From Candidatus Sericytochromatia bacterium (GTDB lineage: Bacteria > Cyanobacteriota > Sericytochromatia > S15B-MN24 > JAQBPE01), in NCBI GenBank assembly GCA_036675505.1, contig JAKFEW010000047.1, positions 8,821 to 72,820 on the forward strand: 64,000 nucleotides of DNA. Direction: 5' to 3'. Under the pieces are notes generated by a model. The model did no database searches, was not told the origin of the DNA, and was given only the letters and a program-made list of their open reading frames with translations. Below are positions 34,087 through 41,980 of the stretch, in pieces. How positions within the stretch are numbered: the first letter of the stretch is position 1; every line of letters begins with the position of its first letter. Made by a program: the position numbers and the translations under genes.

Positions 34087-35445
34087 TCAATCTCGCGCGA
34101 TGGGCAAGGTGAACCAGAAGGTGGCGCCACGGCCTTCCTGGGAATCCACGCCGATTTGCCCACTATGCGCCTCGACGAGATGCTTCGCGAGCACGAGCCC
34201 AATGCCTGCGCCGCCGACATCGCGCGTCGCGCTCATGTCGACCTGGGAGAACACCTGAAAGAGCTTCCCGAGCTCCTGCTCCGCGATGCCGACGCCCGTA
34301 TCCCGGACGTGAAACCGCACCATGTCGCCCTCGAGCGTCGCCCCGACGGTGATGGTCCCCGTCTCGAAGCTGAACTTGATGGCGTTGTCGACGAGGATCG
34401 CCAGCACCTGGGCGAGCCGCATCTCGTCGGCGAGCACCGGCGGCAGGTCCACAGGAACCTCGTTCTCGATGACGCGCCGCTGGGCCGCCTCCGCCACCTC
34501 GTCGAGCACCCGCTCCACGACCGGTACGACGACGACGGGCCGGGGGTCGACCGTGAACCGACCCGCCTGGACGCGCGAGAGGTCGAGCAGGTTCCCGACC
34601 AGGGCGAGCAGGCGCTCGCTGCTCGCGGCGGCCTTGGCGAGGAACTCCTGCTGCTTCGGCAGGAGCGGCCCCGCAATCTCGTCTTGGAGGATGCTGATGA
34701 ACCCCATGATGCCGTTGAGGGGCGTCCGCAGCTCGTGGGAGAGGACGCCCAGGAACTCGGTCTTCATCCGGTCCGCCTGCTGGAGCTCGGCGAGCTGCCG
34801 GAGGATGTCCGCCTCCATCTTCTTGCGCTGCGAGATGTCCGAGAAGGTGATGGCGAGACCGTTCGCCACCCGGATCACGAGCACGCGGAACCAGCGGGCG
34901 CTGTCCTCCCGCTCGTAGCGGTACTCGCCTTCGAAGGGCTCGCCGGTCCTCAACACGTGCAGGTACTCGGACCAGAGCCCCGCGTCGTGGATGTCGGGGT
35001 GGAGCTCGAGCAGGCGCTTCCCGGCGAGGCTGTCGAGCGCGTACAGGCGCTGGGCCGCCGGGTTCGTGAGCACGCACTCGAAGTCGACGACCTCGCCATC
35101 CGGGCCGGGGACCGAGCGGTAAACAAGCACGCCGTCGACCGAGGACTCCAGGACCCAGGCCAGGAGCATCTCCTTCTCATGCAACTCCAGCGTCTGTTGG
35201 TAGATGTCGAGCTGGAGGCGATCCACCCGGTCATCCGAGGCGTCCCGCTCGCCCTTCAGCCTCGCGATCGAGACGCGCTGGCCCGCCAGGGAGCCCGCCT
35301 GGCGCTCGATCGTCGCCTCCGCCGCGCCAAGGTCCGCGGCGCCCTGCTCCGCGGCCGCGATCAGACCATCACGCTCCCCTTCGAGGGAGTGGAGCGCGGC
35401 CTCGGTCGAAGGATCGGGGTTCCCGTCGGGCTCGAGGGTGGTCAT
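34087..35445 (-). CDS. PAS-domain sensor histidine kinase (orphan)
   Basis: H-box FLGVLSHELRTPLNGIMGF. N/G1/G2 ATPase motifs (LVDNAIKFS, DTGVGI, GGAGIGLVLAKHLV). A PAS-like segment and an N-terminal coiled coil. Its ATG overlaps the stop of the upstream GNAT remnant (ATGA). Confidence 0.85.
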   Translation of the reverse strand: MTTLEPDGNPDPSTEAALHSLEGERDGLIAAAEQGAADLGAAEATIERQAGSLAGQRVSIARLKGERDASDDRVDRLQLDIYQQTLELHEKEMLLAWVLESSVDGVLVYRSVPGPDGEVVDFECVLTNPAAQRLYALDSLAGKRLLELHPDIHDAGLWSEYLHVLRTGEPFEGEYRYEREDSARWFRVLVIRVANGLAITFSDISQRKKMEADILRQLAELQQADRMKTEFLGVLSHELRTPLNGIMGFISILQDEIAGPLLPKQQEFLAKAAASSERLLALVGNLLDLSRVQAGRFTVDPRPVVVVPVVERVLDEVAEAAQRRVIENEVPVDLPPVLADEMRLAQVLAILVDNAIKFSFETGTITVGATLEGDMVRFHVRDTGVGIAEQELGKLFQVFSQVDMSATRDVGGAGIGLVLAKHLVEAHSGQIGVDSQEGRGATFWFTLPIARD

Positions 35446-35852
35446 GCGGGCATCGTAGCATGAGGCCAACCCCGCCCAAACCCTCTGTTCGCCGCTGGGC
35501 CTGGAGCCGGCCGGTTGTGCCCACGCCCGTGGCGGAGCGGTCGCGGCCGGGCGGCCGACTCGCCTTCCAGGGCGGGCAGCGGGAAGAACCCGTAGCGGTC
35601 ATACCAGGCCACCGCCGGAGGCTTGGCGTCGACGACGATGCCCACGCATCCCACTGCGTCGGCCTGCGTCAACGCGAGATGGATCACCGCATGCAGCAAC
35701 GTACTACCGATCCCTCGCCCTTGGGCGGCCTTGCCGATATGGTGGCGAAACTGGTTCTGGCCGGCGTATTTGAGGAAGAAGCGGTCGAGATCGGCATCGC
35801 CGCTCGTGAAGGCGGTGCGGTGGTCCTGTTCTCGGAGTGCCCTAACTTCCAT
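35442..35852 (-). pseudogene. TacT/AtaT-like GNAT toxin remnant with a ~50-aa internal deletion and a run-on C-terminus
   Basis: It aligns to Salmonella TacT in two blocks. HRTAFTSGDADLDRFFLKYAGQN matches [23 protein letters not shown], and HAVIHLALTQADAVGCVGIVVDAKPPAVAWYDRYGFFPL matches [40 protein letters not shown]. The ~50 residues between them, which span the central beta-strands, are missing. The last ~45 codons read through into the HK promoter region. Confidence 0.5.
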
Positions 35853-35958
35853 GCCGCTTCATCAAGGCTCGCAACGCCGGCGTCGGCTGCGGCGCTTCCA
35901 TCTGCTGCAACATCGCTTCCGCCGCCTCCGAAACACGGGCGTTGATTTGCACAGCCAT
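35842..35958 (-). CDS. Truncated RHH/DUF1778-like (TacA-like) antitoxin remnant (38 aa)
   Basis: MAVQINARVSEAAEAMLQQ... matches the TacA N-terminus (VQLNLRAKESQRALIDAAAE). GAGGTGA RBS. It overlaps the toxin ATG by 11 nt. It is below the ORF-track size cutoff. Confidence 0.4.
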   Translation of the reverse strand: MAVQINARVSEAAEAMLQQMEAPQPTPALRALMKRHGS

Positions 35959-36065
35959 CGCCAATCACCTCACCAGGAGGGCGAGCACGCCTCATAGCCC
36001 TGGCGATGATGATGGGTGTTCATGGTAACGTGGGGCCGTCGCCCCCGCATCCAGGAGCCTTCAGC

Positions 36066-36560
36066 ATGTCACCCGACGACACCCTCACCACGCCCGTCCA
36101 GTCCTCCCTCGCCCGCCTGATCGGGGAGTGGGTCGGCACGACAAGCACCCGCTTCATGCCCACGGACGCGTTCGAAACCTGCGAGGTGAAGGCGAGCATG
36201 CGCTGGGTGGCGAACGGCACGTTCGTCCTCCACGAGTACGACGGGCGCTTCAACGGTGAGGAAGCTCAAGGCGCGGCCTTCTACGGCATCGACCCCGAGA
36301 GCGGGGAAGGCTCGGCGGCCTGGGTCGACAGCTTCCACTCGAGCGCCGCCCCGATGCTCTCGAAGGGCCAGGCCGCGCCCGGCGAGATCCTGAACGTGAC
36401 GACGACCTACGGGGACCCGGCCGAGCCGTGGGGCTGGCAGACCGTCATCACCGAGCAGGGGCCGGACGCGATCATGATCGAGGCCTACAACATCCCGTTC
36501 GGCCGCGAGCGCTACGTCGCGATCGAAACCAAGCTCCGGCGCGCGTCCGCGCGGGCCTGA
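36066..36560 (+). CDS. DUF1579-like hypothetical protein
   Basis: 164 aa. The pattern (GEWVGTTSTRF...FETCEVKASMRWVANGTFVLHEYDG...) matches DUF1579-family proteins by recollection only. Confidence 0.4.
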   Translation: MSPDDTLTTPVQSSLARLIGEWVGTTSTRFMPTDAFETCEVKASMRWVANGTFVLHEYDGRFNGEEAQGAAFYGIDPESGEGSAAWVDSFHSSAAPMLSKGQAAPGEILNVTTTYGDPAEPWGWQTVITEQGPDAIMIEAYNIPFGRERYVAIETKLRRASARA

Positions 36561-36628
36561 AGCCGTCGCCGCCGGGACCGCCGCCGCCGGCCTGTGATCC
36601 GCTCCACCGCGCCGTGAGGAGGACCGCC

Positions 36629-38296
36629 GTGTCGCGTCCGATCGCCCCTGGAATCGCTCTGGTGCTCGCGCTCTCGGGCCCGCTCGGCGGCTGCGCCGGC
36701 GGCGGCCAGCCGCCCGCGCCGGCGCCGCGAGCCAGCGGGAAGCCGGCGATCGCGAGGCCCGGGGCCTCCCTGGTCGAGCTGGAAGGGCGCGTGCTCGCCA
36801 CGGCCACGCTGATTTCGGACAAGGGCGGCGCCATCCTGTCGAACAACGGCGCGGGCATCGTCTCCAACAACGGCGGCGCGCTCACGGCCAAGGTGAAGCT
36901 GGCGCTGGCGCAGGCCGCGGAGCCGTGGCAGCTGGTCGAGAAGGCCGAGGTCGAGCTGGTGGACGCGGCCGACCGGCCCGCGCCGGGCGTCGCGCCCGTG
37001 CGCACGGACGGCACCGGACGCTACCGCCTCCAGGCCCCGCCCGGCACCTGGTTGGTGCGCGTGAAGGCCAACGGCGTGCGGCTCAGCGCCTTCGTCCGCA
37101 TCGGCGCGGCGGCCACGAAGGCGGACGTCTCGCCGGCCACGACCGTGGTCGCCGAGTACGTCCGCGAGCAAGCGAAGGCCAGCCAGGCCGCGTTGGAATC
37201 GGTCGCCGAGGCCTCGGTCGCGGCGCTGGTCGCGCGCGTGGAGCCCGTGCTGCGGTCCGGCGCGGTGGCGCTGGAGCTGGCGTCCCCGGCGGCGGCGGTG
37301 AAGGTGCTGGAGCGTGCCGCGGCGGCCGAGCCGCTGGTGAAGACCCAGGCCGCGGCGGTCGCGGCCGAGCTGGGCGTCGCCTTGGCCGGCGCCGGCGCGC
37401 GGCCCTCGACGGCGCCGACCAGCGTGCCCGGGGAACCCTCGCCCAAGCCGGCCTCGACCCCCACGCCGGGCGCGACCCCCACCCCCGACCCGCTGCTCGG
37501 CACCATCATCGCCGGGCAGGCCCAGCTGGATCCGAAGCCGGCGTCAGCGGCGGACGCGGCCGACGCCGTCGGCGTGGACCTCGGCGTGCCGGACAGCCTG
37601 GCCGTCGCCGCCGACGGCACCGTGTTCTTCACCAGCCCGGCCGGCACGCTGCGGGCCATCACCCCCGCCGGGGCCTACGTCGCGGCGCCGCTGGCCGCGC
37701 CGATCGGCTCCCGGCTCGCCACCTTGAACGGCGACGCGCTGTTCGTCGACGCCGCCCGCACGGGCATCGTCGCCGTCGCATCCGGCGCCGGCCCGTTGCA
37801 GGTCCGCCGGCTCGTGGCGGTGAAGGGGGCGCCGCTGCCCGCCGGGGCGCCGCTCGCGGCGGCGGGGGACGGCACCTTCCTCGTCGGGCACACGCGCATC
37901 GGCGTCGACGGCGTCCAGGCGGATCTCCTGGCCACCTCCGCGAGCCTGGCGGGCAAGGCGGAGCCCCAGGCGGGCACGTTGCCGTCGGCCCTGGCGTACG
38001 GCGTGGGCGGCCGGCTCTTCGCCGGGTACGGCGCGAAGGACGCCAGCGGGAACGTCTACGAGGTGCTGTCCGGCGGGCAGATCCTCGCCACCTACGGGTC
38101 CTCGACGACGTGGACCCTCGCCACGGACCGGGCGGGGCGGCTGGTCATGTCGCAGGGGGGCCGGGTCTCGCGCCGCGACGGGCCGGGGGCGAGCGTCGAG
38201 CTCGCGCGGGGGCTGGCTTGCGGGGCGATCGCCTTCGCGCCCGACGGTACGCTCTACTACGTCGACGTCGGCGCCATCCGGCGGCTCAAGCCGTAG
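36629..38296 (+). CDS. Lipoprotein with SNNGAG repeats, a carboxypeptidase-regulatory-like domain and a C-terminal beta-propeller-like region (third paralog)
   Basis: GAGGAGG RBS before the GTG at 36629. Lipobox LALSGPLGGCAG. ILSNNGAGIVSNNGGAL repeats. AEVELVDAADRPAPGVAPVRTDGTGRYRLQAPPGTWLVRVKANG matches CarbopepD_reg. Confidence 0.7.
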   Translation: MSRPIAPGIALVLALSGPLGGCAGGGQPPAPAPRASGKPAIARPGASLVELEGRVLATATLISDKGGAILSNNGAGIVSNNGGALTAKVKLALAQAAEPWQLVEKAEVELVDAADRPAPGVAPVRTDGTGRYRLQAPPGTWLVRVKANGVRLSAFVRIGAAATKADVSPATTVVAEYVREQAKASQAALESVAEASVAALVARVEPVLRSGAVALELASPAAAVKVLERAAAAEPLVKTQAAAVAAELGVALAGAGARPSTAPTSVPGEPSPKPASTPTPGATPTPDPLLGTIIAGQAQLDPKPASAADAADAVGVDLGVPDSLAVAADGTVFFTSPAGTLRAITPAGAYVAAPLAAPIGSRLATLNGDALFVDAARTGIVAVASGAGPLQVRRLVAVKGAPLPAGAPLAAAGDGTFLVGHTRIGVDGVQADLLATSASLAGKAEPQAGTLPSALAYGVGGRLFAGYGAKDASGNVYEVLSGGQILATYGSSTTWTLATDRAGRLVMSQGGRVSRRDGPGASVELARGLACGAIAFAPDGTLYYVDVGAIRRLKP

Positions 38297-38655
38297 CCGG
38301 CAGGGCGTAACGAGCCGAGTTGGTCCGCATGTTCAAGATGCCCGTCTCGTGGCGATGTTCCGGCACGTTCTGGCCGATCGACCAGGGGCCGTACTCGTCC
38401 GCGTAGGCCAGGTGCGAGAACAACGTGTAGCCAAGGTCGGTAGAGCCCGCACGAGCAACGCGAACCCCGAGAGGGCAGCCGCCAACGCGCCTCGCGTGAT
38501 CCGGTCCGCCGGTCCGCCGGTCCGCCAACTCGATCAGATCGGACCATTTTTCCGGAGCGTGTGTCAATAATGGCTGGAGATCCAGTCGTGGAGCCGATTT
38601 TATTGAATCCGGCATTCGCGTTATAGTGGCGCCCTTCGACAAAGGGGGTGACCAG

Positions 38656-39609
38656 ATGAACGCCTACGTGCTCGGTTTTCGGGAAATCGACAAGACGAGC
38701 GCCACAGTGGTTGGGGGTAAAGGCGCCAACCTGGCCGAGATTTCCAGGCTTGAAGGGATATGCGTGCCAGATGGCTTTTGTGTTTCGGTGGAGGCCTTCA
38801 AACGGGTCTTCGGGGCATCCTCGGCGGTAGTTGGGCTGCTCGACCGGTTGTCGCGCTTGACCATGACAGACCGGAATGAACTCAGGGAGCTTTGCGGCGA
38901 GATCCGCCGGGTCATCGAGGGGATCGCCATTCCTGGCGAAATCGAGGCCGCGATCACCCGCCATCTCGCCAGGCTTGGTGCGGAGAATGCCTATGCCGTC
39001 CGCTCCAGCGCAACCGCAGAGGATTCGCCGACGGCCTCTTTTGCGGGCCAGCAGGATACCTACCTGAACGTGATCGGCAAGGAAGCCGTCCTTGCGCATA
39101 TCAGCAAGTGCTGGGCTTCGCTGTTCACGGAACGCGCGGTCGTCTACCGCCTTCAAAACGGCTTCGACCACCGCGACGTTCACCTGGCCGTGGTCGTCCA
39201 GCGGATGATCTCGGCGCAGGCGGCCGGCGTCTTGTTCACGGCCGATCCCCTCACGTCCGACAGGAAGGTGGCGTCCATCGATGCCGGCTTCGGGCTCGGT
39301 GAAGACATGGTCGCCGGCCTGGTGAATGTGGACGCCTACAAGGTGCGTGACGGCGAGGTCATCGCCAAGAAGGTCGCCACCGACACGCCCGCGCTGACGG
39401 ATGGGCAGATCCGCCGGCTCGAGCACATCGGCCGGAAGCTCGAGGCGCACTTCGGCTGCCCCCAGGACATCGAGTGGTGCCTGGCCGACGACACGCTCCA
39501 CCTCGTCCAGAGCCGGCCCATCACCACCTTGTTTCCCATCCCCGAGGCCAGCGATGGGCAACGCATTCGCGTGGATGGTACCGAAGGGTATGTCGAAATC
39601 CTTGCCTGA
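38656..39609 (+). CDS. PEP-utilising enzyme N-terminal ATP-binding domain protein (PPDK_N/rifampicin-phosphotransferase-like N-domain only)
   Basis: GGKGANLAEISRLEGICVPDGFCVS...VRSSATAEDSPTASFAGQQDTYLNV...LAVVVQRMISAQAAGVLFTADPLT are conserved ATP-grasp blocks of pyruvate phosphate dikinase / PEP synthase N-terminal domains. The gene ends after ~320 aa with no phospho-His or PEP-binding domains. Confidence 0.65.
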   Translation: MNAYVLGFREIDKTSATVVGGKGANLAEISRLEGICVPDGFCVSVEAFKRVFGASSAVVGLLDRLSRLTMTDRNELRELCGEIRRVIEGIAIPGEIEAAITRHLARLGAENAYAVRSSATAEDSPTASFAGQQDTYLNVIGKEAVLAHISKCWASLFTERAVVYRLQNGFDHRDVHLAVVVQRMISAQAAGVLFTADPLTSDRKVASIDAGFGLGEDMVAGLVNVDAYKVRDGEVIAKKVATDTPALTDGQIRRLEHIGRKLEAHFGCPQDIEWCLADDTLHLVQSRPITTLFPIPEASDGQRIRVDGTEGYVEILA

Positions 39610-39816
39610 ATGGAATGTGGCCGCCTCACCAGGGCACGATCTACGAGTTCACGACCGACGGCGCGCGTGCAGCTGGACGACGCGTCTTTCGCCGGCAACC
39701 TGCGGTGTCGCTGCTGTAGTTCAGCCCGACTGGTAAGGACGGGCTTGACGCTCGACTGCGGCGACCGCCAGGCGGCGCAGAGCGAAGTCTCGAAGCTCTG
39801 CTGAGGGTAGTTCCGC

Positions 39817-41166
39817 TCACAGCGGACAGCCGAAGGCGGCGGCGACGTCCGCGCCCGCGCGGATCGCGTCCTCATGGAAGCCGTTGCCGAAGTAGCTGCC
39901 GCAGAAGTAGGTGCGCCGCCCGCCGTTCGCCGCGGCCAGGGCGGCGCGCGAGGCCACCGCGGCGGGCCCGTAGCACGGGTGGGTGAAGCGGAACGTGCGC
40001 AGCACGCGGGCCGGGTCGATCGCCCGGCGCGCGTTGAGCGTCAGGAAGTACTGTTCGGCGGTGTCGCGGTGCCCCTGGAGCCGGTTCAGGTGGTAGGTCA
40101 GCGAGGGCGCCCCGGCGGCGTCCGCCTCGCCGCAGTAGTTCCATGAGGCCCACACCGCCCGGTTCTCGGGCATGACCCCTGCATCGGTGTGGAGCACGGC
40201 TTCGTTGGCCTGGTAGCGCCACGCGCCCAGCCACGCGGCCTCGTCGGGCGACGGGTCCGCCAGGAGCGCGAGCGCCTGGTCGGCGTGGGTCGCCACGACC
40301 ACGTGATCGAAGGCCGCCGTCGAGCCGTCCGCGAGCGTCAGCCGCACCCCGTCCTCCCCGCGCGCGACGTGCGCCACGCCGGTGCCAAGGCGCAGCGCGC
40401 CACGGAGCTCGCGGGCGATGGCGTCGACGTACGTGCGGGCGCCGCCCTCCAGGTAGAGCCACTGCGGGCCGGCCTCGACGCTGAGCAGGCCGTGGTTGCG
40501 GAAGAACCCCAGCACGAAGGCCGCCGGCGCCGCCGGGAGGTCGGCGGGCGACGCCGACCAGATCGCCGCGCCCATGGGCACGAGGTAGTCGCGCAGCAGC
40601 CCTTCGGAGAGCCCGAGCGAGCGGACGTAGTCGCCGAGGCTGGCATCGCCGAGGGCGCCGGCCTCCAGGTCGCGCGAGGCGCGGCGGAACAGCCGCAGGA
40701 CGTCGCCCATCATCGGCACGAGCCCGCTTTGGGCGGCCGCGGCACCCCCCGGCACGAGGTTGAGCCGCTGGGCGAACGCGCCCGCCGGATCCCAGTTGAG
40801 GGCGTACTGCACGGCCCCGTCCGCCGAGGTGTAGCCGAAGGACATCTCGCTGGGGCTGATCACCATGCCGCCGAGGCGCTCGAGCAAGCGGTGCATGTGC
40901 GGGTAGTTCCGGTCGTTGAAGACCATGAAGCCGACGTCCAGCGCGGTGCCTGCGTCCGGCCCGTCCGGGACGACGAAGGTGTGGGCGTGGCCCCCCGCGA
41001 AGGGCGCGGCCTCGAAGAGCGTCACCGTATGCCGCTCCCGCATCAAGTACGCGGCCGTGAGGCCCGCCGCACCGGCGCCCACGATGGCCACGCGGGCGCC
41101 AGGGGCGATGGGGCCCACCGGACCGAGGGCGCTCGCGTCGGCGCGTTGCTCCTCGACCTCGTCCAT
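39817..41166 (-). CDS. FAD-dependent amine-oxidase-family oxidoreductase
   Basis: N-terminal dinucleotide-binding motif RVAIVGAGAAGLTAAYLM followed by a long amino-oxidase-type fold. Confidence 0.7.
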   Translation of the reverse strand: MDEVEEQRADASALGPVGPIAPGARVAIVGAGAAGLTAAYLMRERHTVTLFEAAPFAGGHAHTFVVPDGPDAGTALDVGFMVFNDRNYPHMHRLLERLGGMVISPSEMSFGYTSADGAVQYALNWDPAGAFAQRLNLVPGGAAAAQSGLVPMMGDVLRLFRRASRDLEAGALGDASLGDYVRSLGLSEGLLRDYLVPMGAAIWSASPADLPAAPAAFVLGFFRNHGLLSVEAGPQWLYLEGGARTYVDAIARELRGALRLGTGVAHVARGEDGVRLTLADGSTAAFDHVVVATHADQALALLADPSPDEAAWLGAWRYQANEAVLHTDAGVMPENRAVWASWNYCGEADAAGAPSLTYHLNRLQGHRDTAEQYFLTLNARRAIDPARVLRTFRFTHPCYGPAAVASRAALAAANGGRRTYFCGSYFGNGFHEDAIRAGADVAAAFGCPL

Positions 41167-41329
41167 GGGGCTCCCTGTCTTTTTCGACACCTCCCAGCGG
41201 GTTACATCTTAGTCGAGCCAGCGTCCGCCGTACAACCGAATGTCGAGGGCCGCCGGTTTGGAAATGTTATGATGTCCCGTCAGATTTTGCAGGCCGTAAA
41301 TGCCATTTCCCGAGCCAGGAGCTTATGCC

Positions 41330-41980
41330 ATGCGCCGTTTTGCCATCCCTGTCGCCATGATCGCGCTCGCCGCCGGATGTGGCCCTACCGGCGTCCCGTC
41401 GCCCGGCGCTTCGCCGTCGTCCCCTTCGCCGGCGCCCAGCGCGTCCGGCAAGGCCTCCGCGGCGCCCGGTGCGTCGGCCTCGACGGTGGCAACGCCGACG
41501 CCGGCCCCCACCGCAGTGCCGGTTACGCTCAAGCTGACCATCGACGGCAAGCCGGCCCAAGTCGAACCGCTCGCCTACTTGCTGCCCGTGGTCGTCACGG
41601 GCAACACCTCGTTCTTCTGGAACGTCGGCACCTTCGCCAAGAGCGGCGAAGCGAACATCGGCCAGGGCTACGGCATCCTGAAAGAGGGCGAGGGGAACGT
41701 GACGCTGCACATGAAGTACGTCGGCGAGTCGACCGGCGCCGCGGCGCTGCGCACGATGACGGACGCGGAGTTCAAGTCGGGCGTGAACATGACCTACAAG
41801 GAAGGCCCCAAGACCTTGACCTGGTACGCGAACGCGCAAAACTACTCGACCGGATCGTTGACGGTCGAGGGGGGTGTCGTGACCTTCAAGCTGACCGCCA
41901 CGATCGCGGGTGACGCGAAGGCCAACGACGGGACCACGCGGAAGTTCGACATCGAGATCGTCGGGTTGCCCAAGCCCTAG
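41330..41980 (+). CDS. Hypothetical lipoprotein
   Basis: Lipobox MRRFAIPVAMIALAAGC at the trimmed start. Pro/Ser/Ala linker. Confidence 0.5.
   Translation: MRRFAIPVAMIALAAGCGPTGVPSPGASPSSPSPAPSASGKASAAPGASASTVATPTPAPTAVPVTLKLTIDGKPAQVEPLAYLLPVVVTGNTSFFWNVGTFAKSGEANIGQGYGILKEGEGNVTLHMKYVGESTGAAALRTMTDAEFKSGVNMTYKEGPKTLTWYANAQNYSTGSLTVEGGVVTFKLTATIAGDAKANDGTTRKFDIEIVGLPKP

Noticed and set aside
38257-39561. 434-aa minus-strand ORF
   Set aside because: It lies antisense to the well-supported PEP-utilising-domain gene (38656-39609) and has no domain similarity. Long antisense ORFs are expected at 70% GC.
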